Under the pieces are notes generated by a model. The model did not search any database. It worked only from the letters and a program-made list of their open reading frames with translations, and was not told the DNA's origin. Shown in pieces: positions 26,876 to 39,339 of a DNA stretch of 64,000 nucleotides (position 1 is the stretch's first letter; the number at the start of each line of letters is the position of its first letter). This stretch comes from Octopus vulgaris (lineage: Eukaryota). The stretch spans positions 62,682,001 through 62,746,000 of the forward strand of contig OX597825.1 in assembly GCA_951406725.2 (NCBI GenBank), given 5' to 3'. Both the position numbers and the translations under genes were made by a program.

Positions 26876-27100
26876 AAGTGATGGTATGTTGTCAACTTAA
26901 TGTGACAGTTCTTTGAAAGGGAAAATTCTACTGCAGCAACATTCTTACTTTTCATGGGACTGTCACATTAAGTTGACAACATACCATCACTTTCTTGTGC
27001 TACTACTGTATAAATCTCTCTGAGAGATTTCGAAATGTATTATTTCTATATTATACATATGTGATAGATAATATATTTATTTTTCTATCATGTATATATG
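26875..27100 (+). mobile_element. Penelope-like terminal fragment with inverted duplication and degenerate hammerhead
   Basis: Perfect 35-bp arms 26875-26909 and 26959-26993; then CTGTAT-AAATCTCTC-T-GAGAGATTT-CGAAATGTA. Confidence 0.55.
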
Positions 27101-27106
27101 ATGGAT

Positions 27107-27134
<28 letters not shown>

Positions 27135-27137
<3 letters not shown>

Positions 27138-27322
27138 CGCCATGATAGATCGGTAGCCAATACACACATTTTTTTTCTCTCCTTGTTTCTTTCTGTGTTC
27201 CTTTCTGTGGAAGAGCGTAGGCTCGAAATGTAAAAGACATTTTCAATTCCCAAATACTAATACATCTGTTTGTTTTCTACACCACCTGTCTTCCTCTTTT
27301 GTTTTTTTCGTGAATTCTCCCT
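27135..27322 (+). mobile_element. Penelope-like terminal fragment with hammerhead variant (27201-27236)
   Basis: CTTT-CTGTGGA-A-GAGC-GTAG-GCTC-GAAA-TG-TA-AAAG, in (TA)n; a related, internally deleted fragment lies at about 52330-52505. Confidence 0.6.
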
Positions 27323-27539
27323 ATATATATATATGTACATACACATAAAAATGCATATATGTATGTGTTACCTTGAAGTAGTGTCATTCCATTAAAACTT
27401 GTCCAGATTATGGGAAAATATTACTTTCTCTGGAAATAAGTATTGGTGACAAGAAGTATGGCTGGTTGTAGGAAACTTTCCTCTGTACAATTTCATCTGC
27501 TTCATGTGTGTGTGGGCTTCAAAATGGTGATTGAAATGG

Positions 27540-27830
27540 CAACAATAATGATGATGGTGATGATGATAATGATGTTACTGATGATCATGATGATCATGAT
27601 CATGATGAGGACAAGGAGGAGGAAGATGATGATGGTAGCAGTGGTAGTTGTGCTGGTGGTGATGGTGGTGGTGGTGGTGGTGGTGGTGGTGGTGGTGATG
27701 CTGGTGTTGTTGCTGGTGCTAGTGCTGATGCTGGTCACAGTGGTTAGGATGATGATGGTGGTGATGATGAAGGGGAGGAGGAGTTCGAAGATAATCCTGA
27801 TGTCGATAATGCTTAGGGTGGTGGTGGTGT
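27540..27830. repeat. (GAT)/(GGT)/(GGA) cryptic triplet repeat
   Basis: Direct reading. Confidence 0.9.
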
Positions 27831-28297
27831 TGAATGGATTATTATAAGAAAAAACATATAAATAATATAAACATTCTTAGAGTGTAGGAACTTTGACAGA
27901 TTCTGTAGAAATATAGGAAGAAAACATTGATACTTACAGAAAACTGATACTTGATAAAAATGGATGTATTGTGCAGATTCTGAAGATAGAAACCTATATG
28001 ATATGTAAGATACATGCTACTTCTCCAAGTGTTGCCCAGAAAATATGATGATTAACATATAAAATATATCAAAGAATGTGAGAGCAGCTGCTAATATATT
28101 TACAATATTTCCAATTCTTTGCAATGCAAGATGTATTTTTATTTCTTTTTGGCATGGTTTGGTACCATAACATTATCACTGCTTGTACAAATCACATACA
28201 GAAATATGAAGAAGCAATGTGTATAAATACAGACACATGTGTATAAATCTATGTAGTTTGGATGTGCGGTGGGTGTCTATGTGTGTACCTGTATATA

Positions 28298-28335
<38 letters not shown>

Positions 28336-28479
28336 ATGTCTGTAAATACACATAGCATGCCTACACACATACACATGCACACAAACACGATACATGATAG
28401 AAGTAAATAGATACTTTTATAATTGTCAAAGTTTATATATGAAGTTATACATTAAAATTATTTATTAATTATTATAATG

Positions 28480-29480
28480 TCAATATCTAATATTTACATG
28501 ACATGCCCTTTGCTTTTTTCAATACAAAGACCCTATTAGGCATGCTACTGATCAGAGAACTAATATACTCTTGAGGAATTTCTTGCCCGATTTCATGGAG
28601 TAATCTCAAAAGATCTGGCTTTGAGAATGCTTTCTTTTTTCTTATGAAGTGTTCTGTCCATTATTCTCCAGAGGTCTTTGATAGACTTCATATCTGGTGA
28701 CTGGTTTGGCCATGGAGGCATTTTAACGCTGTTCTCTTCCAAACAATCTTGGTTCTTTTTAGCTGTGTAACAAGGAACCATATTTTCCATAAATGAAGAG
28801 TCTTTTTTAATCATTTCACCACTGAAGAAGATTGGAAGGAGTCCTTTCTGCAATATGGCCACATATTTATCTGAGCATATGTTTCTCTCACACTCCACCA
28901 GATCTAATCAACCATTGCTCCAAATTGCTCACCAGACATCACAAAATAGCTGCTGTATTTCATTGTCTGCAACCTTTTCATGTCAAATTCTTGATCATAG
29001 AGTCTCCTGACCCAGATTTGACCACTGTCAGAAAACAGAGCAAATCTGGAGTCTTCAGGGAATATGACAGTGTCCCAAAATGCTAGTGGCCTCCCTCTCC
29101 ACCATCTCACTGTCCCAATCTTTTCTCCGTTTGATATTGACTGGTTGAAGAAATGTTTTCTTCTTGCTGCTCAGACATACTAGACAAGTTTGTGGAGATA
29201 CCTGATAGCTGCTCTGGGACTGACTTATTCTGCTATGCCAGAAGCCTTGCAATGAGGATTATCCTCTTAACGAAGTGAAGAGTCCTGTTAGAGGGCTTGG
29301 TCAACCTGTATGAGGTGATATGGACTCCTTCCCCTCTCTGGTGAATTGGACAATCACTCTATTAACTGTAGAAAACGGGATCCCAAGGTTTTCTGTGATT
29401 TTATGCTGACTAAGTCCACCTCCAGACTGACTCACTATATGGCCTCTTTGAAATTAGGGGTTAGATGATCATGAAAATTT
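28480..29480 (-). pseudogene. Decayed Tc1-family transposase (DD34E-type spacing)
   Basis: Frameshifted pieces WDTVIFPEDSRFALFSDSGQIWVRR and FMENMVPCYTAK...WPNQSPDMKSIKDLW. Confidence 0.8.
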
Positions 29481-29745
29481 TCAACCATCCATTCTTGTGT
29501 TACTAGAGCCATGTGTAATAGTGCAGAGTCTTACTGAAACACATATGACGTTCCATTGCATACACTGTCTATCCATGCTGTAAGCTAATGAGGCTTATGA
29601 CATAAGTTCCTATTTCCTTGTCCTTTAATCAATCTCTTGTTATTGCTTTGTACTCAACTGATGCTTTTTTTTATGAACCATATGTATATTAAGGTCTAAC
29701 TCAAGGTTATTGATATCGATATGCAAGAGTGAATTAATAATAATA

Positions 29746-29818
<73 letters not shown>

Positions 29819-29891
29819 TAAACATACTAATAATAATAATAAACATAATAATAATAATGATAAACATAATAATAATAATAATAATAATAAT

Positions 29892-30372
29892 GATGCAGTA
29901 CCAGGCAGTGGCTCACGTGGCTTCTGATCTTAACTGATTGGAAGTGTTATCATGTACATTGTTTTGTCTTGGTATAAAAGATGGGATACAGCAAATATTC
30001 TGCTCAATACTACAGATTTGCTTGTCAGTTGTTTGACCTTAACCAGTTGACCATGTCCCTTAGTGACTGACGATATGTGCAACTCTGATCACGAACAGAA
30101 ATAGTGGGGGAGCATCATAGCCATGAGTTGAGAGGGAATTCTTTGGGGTTTTGAATAATTCTCCACTGGAAACATAGATGTTTCGTTCAATATCCTTAAA
30201 CAACCCTTATTCAGGGACCTTTTGAGTGGGATGTGTTACTTGACCAGAAGAAATATGGTTGTGATGCATGTGCTTAGTGTACTCTTATCAGATGGGTAGT
30301 CATGATGGGTATACTTGGCTTCGTATATTTTACCCCAGTGTCACTTTGATTGCATGCCCTGCTCTCTCACTC
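29892..30372. mobile_element. Unclassified ~480 bp element flanked on both sides by (TAA)n
   Basis: Complex sequence bounded by (TAA)n at 29735-29891 and 30373-30420; no ORF. Confidence 0.55.
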
Positions 30373-30410
<38 letters not shown>

Positions 30411-32083
30411 CAACAACAACAATGTATGTAGATATATATACACACACATATACAGATGTTGATGCATACAGGCATACGCATAGCAATGATATTACCATTT
30501 ACGAATATAGACATGCACACAACCTGTGTTGTAGACAGTTTATTAGATATCAGTAAACATGTAGAATGAATGGGCCACAAAGTGAGTGTTTAGTTAATTT
30601 GCAACTATGTAAATGGTAGAGGGAGAACTAAAACTTTGACTATTGATTATTGTAGTCTGAATTAATGAGATACTATTTGTTCATATTGGAAATCAATATT
30701 AATATTGAAATCAATCTAAACATTATGTGCATAATTTGAATGAAAAGCTATTCTCTATCTTGCCAATAGCTCCACACTTCCATCTGCAAGTTTTTAACTC
30801 TTACTTCGGCGGTTTATGTGCATAAATTGCATTACTGAGAAAGAAATGAAACATTCTTGAAACATTTCTGTTATTTAAATAAGCTGTTGATTCTTTGATG
30901 ATGGCCAGGTTTATTATGAAAGCAAATCAACGAAGTTTTATGATGAAAGGCGATCAATAAGGACCGAAAATATTTGAGTAAATGATAATAGAATTGTCTT
31001 GTCTAATAATGTCAAATAGCGCCTTACCTGTAAGTTGAATGGTTTTCTACAAAGATTTATATATATTTAGTGATAAATATGCCTACGTATATTCAATCAT
31101 ATGTCGCTCTGCTTACAAGAATAACATGAACATATAATACATTATTATTGCAAAAGGCTGAGCTATCATTTGAGATACAAGGTAAATTGCAAGCTGTGCA
31201 ATGCGTCATGGTATTCTTTGATTAGCCGATATTAGCTGATATAAGCTGATATGTTGTATTGCCTGTAAAGATAGAAGACACCCTATCATCTTGGAATATG
31301 GCCTAGTTGTTATAGTGTTTTGATCCTGACCATAAGATTGTGGGTTCAATTCCTAGATCAGGAGAGAGGTTTTATCCTTGAGCAAGGCTCTTCATTTCCC
31401 AATGTTCCAGTTTATACATCTATAATGAGTTCAAGTTATGTATCGGTACAGCTTTCTGAGAGTTTCCTTCTAGAACAAGTATATCGGGTGCTAATAGAGT
31501 GTCAACTTATGAGTACATAGACATCTAAAACATTTAGCATGTTATCTAGTCATACTTAATCTCAGATGATCCGCTGTAGCCCAGACGCAATGGAACTACT
31601 CAAGATTCTGAATCTGTGAGCTTAGGTTTTGGGGAGATGGAGACAGACATTAGTAAGATAATTATTTCAATTACTGACATGTATTTTTTGAAACATTTTT
31701 AATCAGAAGTAAAATGGGTGCTCATGAACCTTTATATGACCTTAACAACTGTGAGGAGAGAGAGGGGTTTCGTTGGCAAGTTCCAAACTTTAAAGCTTAG
31801 ATTTGAACTCTGAAGATTTGAAACACAGAGGTTTGAAAGAAATGCCATGCAGATCTAGTCTGATGATGTTACAGTTCCATCAATTAGCTGCTTTTAAATT
31901 TTCCTTTTTTTAATCAACCCTGAAAAGATGAAAGGGAAAGTTTACCATGGCAGTATTTGAACTAAGGGTTCAGTGAGTCTGAACAAATGATGCAAAGCAG
32001 TTCCTAATTCATAATTCACTTTAAGGCAGGAAGTTTATATCATAGAACTACGGCTGGTCATGGAGTGCTTGGTATCAAAAGTT

Positions 32084-32538
32084 TTGACCCTTTTGCTATG
32101 ATACATCTGAAGAAACACACTGTCTTTATTTCAATTAATTTTTGAAATAATAAAGAAATTAGTAAAACAACTTTGTTATTATTAAGCTGGTGTTTAGACA
32201 ATTATTGATACGGAATTATAATGGAAGATTTTACTTCAGACAACTTTAAAACATGAATTTTCATCTTAGAACCAGAGACAGTCTTAAATGAGTTGGTATC
32301 AAAAGAGTTAACCCTTTCATTACTGTATTTATTTTGAGATGCTCTGTGTTTTTTACAACTACTTTAAATATAACAAAGAATTTAGTAAAATAACCTAGTT
32401 ATATCATTCAGCTAGTGTTAGGAACATAAATTGTAACTAAGGTTTGGTGGAAGATTTTAATTCAAAACTTATGGAAACAAGATATTTGTACTACAGAGCC
32501 AGAGCTAGTTTCAGCTGGGTTGGTAATGAAAGGGTTAA
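32084..32538. mobile_element. Two tandem piggyBac-like MITEs sharing a TTAA
   Basis: TTAACCCTTTCATTAC (32308)...GTAATGAAAGGGTTAA (32538); an older homologous copy lies immediately upstream. Confidence 0.75.
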
Positions 32539-33250
32539 TCAGATACAGAAAAAATTCATGGCTGTTAAAATAACTCAGGACACTCCACAGATCAATTATT
32601 TCTGATATACCATGCAACCTCCTCCTCCTCTTCACCTTCAGCCTAGTAAAGGCCAATACAGTGAACTTGAATATGCAGCAGTTTATCTGCTGAAGTGCAG
32701 TCAGGCAACGGTCAGGATATGTTATTTTCTTTTCCACTGTAGTCTAGTTTTTCCAGGTCTTTACTTGTGACAGTGAACTTGACAGAAATGTCAATAGAGA
32801 CGTTAATTTCCTTTTATTTCTACCATATATATTATTCAAGAATGTTTGTCCAAAAGTCTGGAATACACAGATGATTGATAAACTAACAATGTGTCATTTA
32901 AAGATTATCTAACCTTTGAAATAATAATCTAAAAAATATTTTATTGTGCAGACAGTCTCTATCATAACTGTTTCTAATTTAGGCACGAGGCCAGCAATTT
33001 TGGGAAAAGGAGTTTAGTCAGTAAAAGTGACCCCAGGATTTGTCTTGTATTTTAATTTCATTCACCTTGAAATAATGAAAGGTAAAATTAATTTCAATGG
33101 GATTTCAACACAGAATGTAAAGAAGAAATACTATTAAACCACATCCTCCAATGATGAAATAATTCTTCATTTTAATTTCTTCATTTTAATCTAATTATTT
33201 CTGATTTAGGTACAAAGTCAGCAAATTTGAGTAGAGGAGTTAGTCTACAC

Positions 33251-33988
33251 CAGTAGTTCTCAACGATTTTATTATCTATGGACCCCTTTAATTACTATTT
33301 TGTTTTGATCGACCCCTTTTGCCATTTGTTGTATAAAGACTAGTTTAATAGATGATTCCTTCAAAATTCCTATTTTGTTTATCATGCATTCACATGTATT
33401 AGGTTGAGCTATGTAAAACAAAAACCAAGCTGTTCCGTGCAATATATGCATCTAGACCAAAATATTTTCATAGACCCTTAGAATACTACTGTGGACCCAA
33501 TTTACTATTTTGCTTGTGTGAACCCCAAAAATTCTTATATCGTGGCTGTGTGGTAAGTAGCTTGCTTACCAACCACATGGTTCTGGGTTCATTCCCAATG
33601 CGTGGCATCTTGAGCAAGTGTCTTCTACTATAGCCTGGAGCCGACCAAAGCCTTGTGAGTGGATTTGGTAGATGGAAACTGAAAGAAGCCCATCGTATAT
33701 ATGTATATATGTATGTGTGTGTGTATGTGTTTGTGTGTCTGTGTTTGTCCTCCCAACATCGCTTGACAACTGATGCTGGTGTGTTTACGTCCCCGTAACT
33801 TAGCGGTTCGGCAAAAGAGACTGATAGAATAAGTACTAGGCTTCCAAAGAATAAGTCAAGGGGTAGATTTGCTTGGCTAAAAGTTGGTGCTCCACCATGG
33901 CCACAGTCAAGTGACTGAAACAAGTAAAAGAGTAAAGAGTAAAGAGAGAACCCCAAGAGGTCATATGGACCCAGGTTGAGAACGATTG
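33251..33988. mobile_element. hAT (Charlie-type) MITE interrupted by a SINE A
   Basis: TIRs CAGTAGTTCTCAAC / GTTGAGAACGATTG; perfect 8-bp TSD GTCTACAC at 33243-33250 and 33989-33996. Confidence 0.85.
33541..33948 (+). mobile_element. SINE family A nested in the hAT MITE
   Basis: Near full-length match to other copies. Confidence 0.9.
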
Positions 33989-34681
33989 GTCTACACCATA
34001 AACTCTATTACTTGAATGGAACTTTATTTTATTCACCATGACAGGGTGAATGGCAAGACCGGTCTTCATAAGAATATAAAGAACTGGACAAAATACTACA
34101 AAAATCTTTCTTAAATGCTCTAACAATTCTGCAGCTCACAGCCTAAGTCGTTTCCTTATTCCTTAGTTAGGTATAAGGTCAACAAATTGAAATCGTGACA
34201 GTCAATATCCTCGATCCCAGCATATCACTGGTACATTGCTTTATTGATTTCAGTACTTCATTTTGCTTTATCAACCCTGGTGAGATGAAAGTTGAGGTTA
34301 ACTTTGACAAAATTTGAACTCAGAATGTAACAATTTGCCTGCTCGCTGCCATAAGTCTTTTCATTGTAATTATTTCCGTATTTCCTAGTTAGATACAAGG
34401 TCAACGAATTGGAATGGTGATAGTTAGTCAACACCATCTACCCTAGCATATCACTGGTACTTTCCTTTATTGACTCCAGTATTTCGTGGTATTTTGTTTT
34501 ATCAACCTTAGTGAAATGAAGTTAACTTTGGTAGATTTTGAACCCACAATGTAGCAATTTACCTGCTAGTTACCAATAAGTCTCTCCAGCAATTAATTAA
34601 CCCCTTCTATCCACTGTTGATGAACAGTAGAAAATTAATGAAGGGTGAATAATAATATCCATAATATCAATGTAAACCTTA

Positions 34682-35274
34682 AGGTGGTGAGCTAACAGAA
34701 ATGTTAGCACACCGGATGAAATGCTTAGCAGTATTTCGTCTGTTGTTACATTCTGAGTTCAAATTCCGCCGAGGTCGACTTTGCCTTTCGTACTTTCAGG
34801 ATCGATTAATTAAGTACCAGTTACACACTGGGGTCGATGTAATCGACTTAATCCCTTTGTCTGTCCTTGTTTGTCTCATCTGTGCTTTAGCCCCTTGTGG
34901 GCAATAAAGAAATAAGAAACATTAGCATGCCAGGCAAAATGCTTAGTAGTGTTTCGTCTGTCTTTACATTCTGAGTTCAAATTCCATCAAGGTCAACTTT
35001 GCCTTTCATACTTTCGGCATCGATATATTAAATACCAGTTGCATCCTTTCAGGCCTTGTGCCTGAAGTAGAAAAGAAACATTAGCATGCCGGGCAAAATG
35101 CTTAGCAGTATTTCATCTGTCTTTATGTTCTGAGTTCAAATTCCATCACGGTTGACTTTGCCTTTCATCCTCTTGGGGTCGATAAATTAAATACCAGCTG
35201 TGTACTGGGGTCGATCTAATCAACTGGCCCTCTCCTCAAAAATTTCGGGCCTTTTGCCTTGAGTAGAAAAGAAT
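34682..35274 (+). mobile_element. SINE family B with tandem additional units
   Basis: Three successive TTAGCA..GGGCAAAATGCTTAG...AAGTACCAG units. Confidence 0.85.
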
Positions 35275-35483
35275 ATCAACATAAACTCAACTTCTTGCTT
35301 TCTAAACTAAAGCAGTAGAATTCTGGATATGTCAAACATACTATTGTTTAAAACTCTGTTTAAATATAGAAGCATTGAAATTCCAGTCAGCATTATTGTA
35401 AAGCTATCAACATTCAAGCTCTAAATATCTGACATATTCTTTGGTCTTTGGTCTTCTTTCAAAATGCCATTATAAAGTTATGT

Positions 35484-35869
35484 GGTGGAAGCACTCCGTC
35501 GGTTACGACGATGAGGGTTCCGGTTGATCCGATCAACGGAACAGCCTGCTCATGAAATTAACGTGTAAGTGGCTGAGCACTCCACAGACGCGTGCACCCT
35601 TAATGTAGTTCTCGGGGATAATCAGTGTGACACAGAGAGTGACAAGGCCGGCCCCTTGAAATACAGGTACAACAGAAACAGGAAGTAAGAGTGAGAGAAA
35701 GTTGTGGTGAAAGAGTACAGCAGGGATCACCACCATCCCCTGCCGGAGCCTCGTGGAGCTTTTTAGGTGTTTTCGCTCAATAAACACTCACAACACCCGG
35801 TCTGGGAATCGAAACCGCGATCCTACGACCGCGAGTCCGCTGCCCTAACCACCGGGCCATTGCGCCTCC
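35484..35869 (-). mobile_element. SINE family D, tail type 2, young
   Basis: CpG-rich tRNA head GGAGGCGCAATGGCCCGGTGGTTAGGGC...GGTTTCGATTCCC; 12-bp TSD ATAAAGTTATGT at 35472-35483 and 35870-35881. Confidence 0.9.
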
Positions 35870-36216
35870 ATAAAGTTATGTACTGATTATTTCAACATGA
35901 GTGGAATAAAACATGTCTTTTGTCTTTTATCTTTTATCTTTTACTTGTTTTAGTCGTAAGGCCACGGCCATGCTGGAGCACTTCCTTGAAGAATTTCAGT
36001 CGAACAGATCGACCCCAATATTATTTTTATTTTTGTAGGCCCTGGCAATTATTCTATCAGTCTCCTTTGCTGAAATGCTATGTTACATAGAGGTAAACGC
36101 AACAATACCAGATGCGAAGCAGTGGTGAGGGACAAAAACAGACACAAAGACACACACACACACACATATATATATATACATATACGTGTGTGCGTGTGTG
36201 TGTGTGTGTGTATTCA

Positions 36217-36830
36217 TTATTCTTTTACTTGCTTCAGTCATTTGACCACGGCCATGATGGAGCACTGCCCTTAGTCAAATCAAATCAACCCCAGGACTTA
36301 TTCTTTGTAAGCCTAGTACTTATTCTATCAGTCTCTTTTGCTGAACCACTAAGTTACAGGGACCTAAATACACCAGCATCAGTTGTCAAGCGATGTTGGG
36401 CGAACTAACACAGATACACAACATATACATACACATACATATATATATATATATAGATATATATATATACATATATATATATATACATATATACCTCGGA
36501 GTGGTTGGCGTTAGGAAGGTCATCCAGCTGTAGAAACTCTGCCAGATCAAGATTGGAGCCTGGTGCAGCCATCTGGTTTGCCAGCCCTCAGTCAAAATCG
36601 TCGAACCCATGCTAGCATGGAAAGCGGACGTTAAACGATGATGATGATACATACATATATACATACATATATATATGACAGGCTTCTTTCAGTTTCCATC
36701 TACCAAATCCACTCACAAGGTTTTGGTCAGCTAGAGGCTATAGTAGAAGACACTTGCCCAAGGGGCCACACAGTGGGACCGAAACCAGAACCATGTGGCT
36801 GGTAAGCAAGCTCCTTACCACACAGCCACT
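36217..36830 (-). mobile_element. SINE family A with an RTE 3' tail inserted in its internal microsatellite
   Basis: 3' half 36217-36420, 5' half 36660-36830, family C insert 36496-36648. Confidence 0.8.
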
Positions 36831-37151
36831 CATGATGGGTTTCTTTCAGTTTCCATTTACCAAATTCATTCATAAGACTTTGGTTGGTCCAAGGCTATAG
36901 GCGGGATTGAACCTGAAATCATGTGGTTGGAAATCTAACATCATACATCATAGCCATGCCTGTACCTACAAAGATTCTGATTCTGAAAATAAAATTCGTT
37001 TTGTAAAATATAATGTGTCTAGAATGGCATGACAATGGACTATAATAACTGTTATAATATAAATCATCCATAGTCTGATATAATATTTTGGAATATATGA
37101 ATTCCTTCTTCAGATATCCCTAGGAATTGATTGAGTCACTGCTATACTTGT

Positions 37152-37231
37152 ACAAGATAAGGACAAATATTCGTCAAATGTAAATAATATAAATAATATA
37201 CATAATTCTTCATCTCTTAAATATAGAACTA
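37152..37231 (+). mobile_element. 3' tail fragment of the tRNA-hammerhead element
   Basis: AGGACAAATATTCGTCAAATGTAAATAAT...CATCTCTTAAATATAGAAC matches 11566-11635. Confidence 0.7.
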
Positions 37232-37687
37232 TAATACACAATGCTTCAAGCAAACTACAATACTCTTCGCTTAGTAAAATTTCAATTTTTTAATACTGAT
37301 TGCTTATAAGAATTTTCCACTTTCATTTTCTGGTCATAAACTGAAAGAATGCCAAAAAGAAAATATACTTTACCATGTTTGCAAGATTTATGAGAAAGAT
37401 TTTTCAGAAACTGAAATTGTAAATCATATTACAGCCAGTCTTATCACTTTGATAACAAATTAACTGTCGAGTGCAATACAAATAAATTTTAAAGTGGGGC
37501 ATAGACATGGCTGTGTGGTTAAAATGCTTACTTCCCAACCATGTATAGTTTTGGGTTAAGACCATCAGTGTGACAACTTGGGGAAAATGTCTTCTGTTGT
37601 AGCCTCAGGCCAACAAAAGCCCTTTTGAATGGATTTGGTAGATGAAAGAAATTCATTGTATATGTGTATGTGTGTGTGTGTGTGTGT

Positions 37688-37997
37688 ATCACGTGATCAC
37701 ATAACTGACCAGGCCATCAGACATTGCTACACATCGCTGGTCATAATGTGCTTCACATTGTTTTAGCCTTCAAATGAAGCCACCTCACTAGCTAAGTGAG
37801 CAGGCCAATAGAAGAATGAGTGAGAGAAAGTTGTGGTGAAAGAGTACAGCAGGGATCACCATCACACTCTTCCAGAGCCTTGTGAAGCTCAAGGTCTTTT
37901 CTCTTAATAAACAAACACAACACCCGGTCTGGGAATTGAAATCATGATCCTACAACCGTGAGTCCACTTCCCTAACCACTGGGCTATTGCGTCTCCA
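37688..37997 (-). mobile_element. SINE family D, tail type 3
   Basis: Head and body match 35690-35869; different 3' region ending in (CA)n. Confidence 0.8.
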
Positions 37998-38620
37998 TAC
38001 ACACACACACATATATATATGTATGTATGTATGTATATGGATGGCATGTAAAAAGCACCCATTACACTCTTAGAGTGGTTGGCATTAGAAAGGGCATCCA
38101 GTTGTAGAAACCATGCCAAATAAGACTGGAACCTGGTGCAGCCCTCCAACTTACCAGTTCCAGTTAAACTGTCAAACCCATGCCAGCATGGAAAGCAGAC
38201 GCTAAATAATGATGATAATGATGTATATGTGTGTATGTGTGTATTTGTGTTTCTTTGTCTTGACATCCTCATAGTAGTTGTAAATCTATGTCACTGTCAC
38301 GCCATCAATGATATCTACTTCCAACTTTTTTAGTTGGAAACATATCTGACTATGTGGGGCGGGGGGACTATTTGTCTTGCATGGGAACCAGTGGAGTCTG
38401 GTAACAGGAGGAGCATCCAGCTGTAGAAAATCTGCCTGAATGAACTCCAACTGAGCCATGCAAGCATAGAAAAATGGATGTTGAAATGATGACAATTATG
38501 ATGACGACAACGGTAATGATGAAGATGTCAATGATGAAGCTGATTTCTTTTTCAATGCTGCTGTTCTGAGGCAAAGCTTCGACCTTGGTGAGTTACATTT
38601 TGAACTATTCTCATATAATG

Positions 38621-38952
38621 AAGGTGCATGGCTCAGTGGTTAGAGCGTCAAGCTTACGATTGTGAGGTTGTGGGTTTGCATCCTGGACTGGGCTGCATGT
38701 TGTGTTCTTGAGCAAGACACTTTATTTCACGTTGCTCCAGTTTACTCAGCTGTAGAAATGAGTTGCAATGTCACAGGTGCCAAGCTGTATCGGCTCTTGC
38801 CTTTCCCTTGGATAACACTAGTGGCGTGGAGAGGGGAGGCCGGTATGCATGGGAAACTGCTGGTCTTCCATAAACAACCTTGCCCGGACATGTGCCTGGG
38901 ACGGTAACTTTCTAGATGCAATCCAACGGTCAGCCACAACTGAAGGGGGTCT
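38621..38952 (+). mobile_element. tRNA-derived SINE (family E)
   Basis: GGTGCATGGCTCAGTGGTTAGAGCG head, CTTGAGCAAGACACTTTA CORE-like motif. Confidence 0.75.
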
Positions 38953-39339
38953 CAACTCTCTTATATCGTTAACAGTGCTATTACAATTGCCATACAAATG
39001 TGTAAACATTCAAGACCACATACAAAACGAAGGTAATCAGCTGCTTTTTGCAAAGATTCTCTCATACATTGCATCTACTAGTTAATCTGGTAAGCTATGT
39101 CACACCTTTAACCAAGCATGCTCATTTTACCTGTCTCTTCTATTGGGTTGTCCAGAAACTTCATGCTGATTTTTAAAGGAAAGAGAAGGGTCAATAAATA
39201 CTTGCATTTTTAATCAACCAAATATGAACCTGGCTAGAAATCAGTCAGAATTCACCAATTGTGAAACAGAGGAACTTATACTGATTCTTGACTTCTAAAC
39301 ATTTTCTCACCATCACATGGTTCTTATTGCTGATATTTA

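Noticed and set aside
31566-31655. Possible plus-strand exon (AG...GTAAG)
   Set aside because: Weak polypyrimidine tract, ambiguous frame, no recognisable homology
32462-32755. ORFs on both strands around a CCT run
   Set aside because: No motif; the minus ORF runs into a MITE
33486-33956. Recurrent ORFs such as [29 protein letters not shown]
   Set aside because: Antisense translations of SINE family A, repeated at every copy
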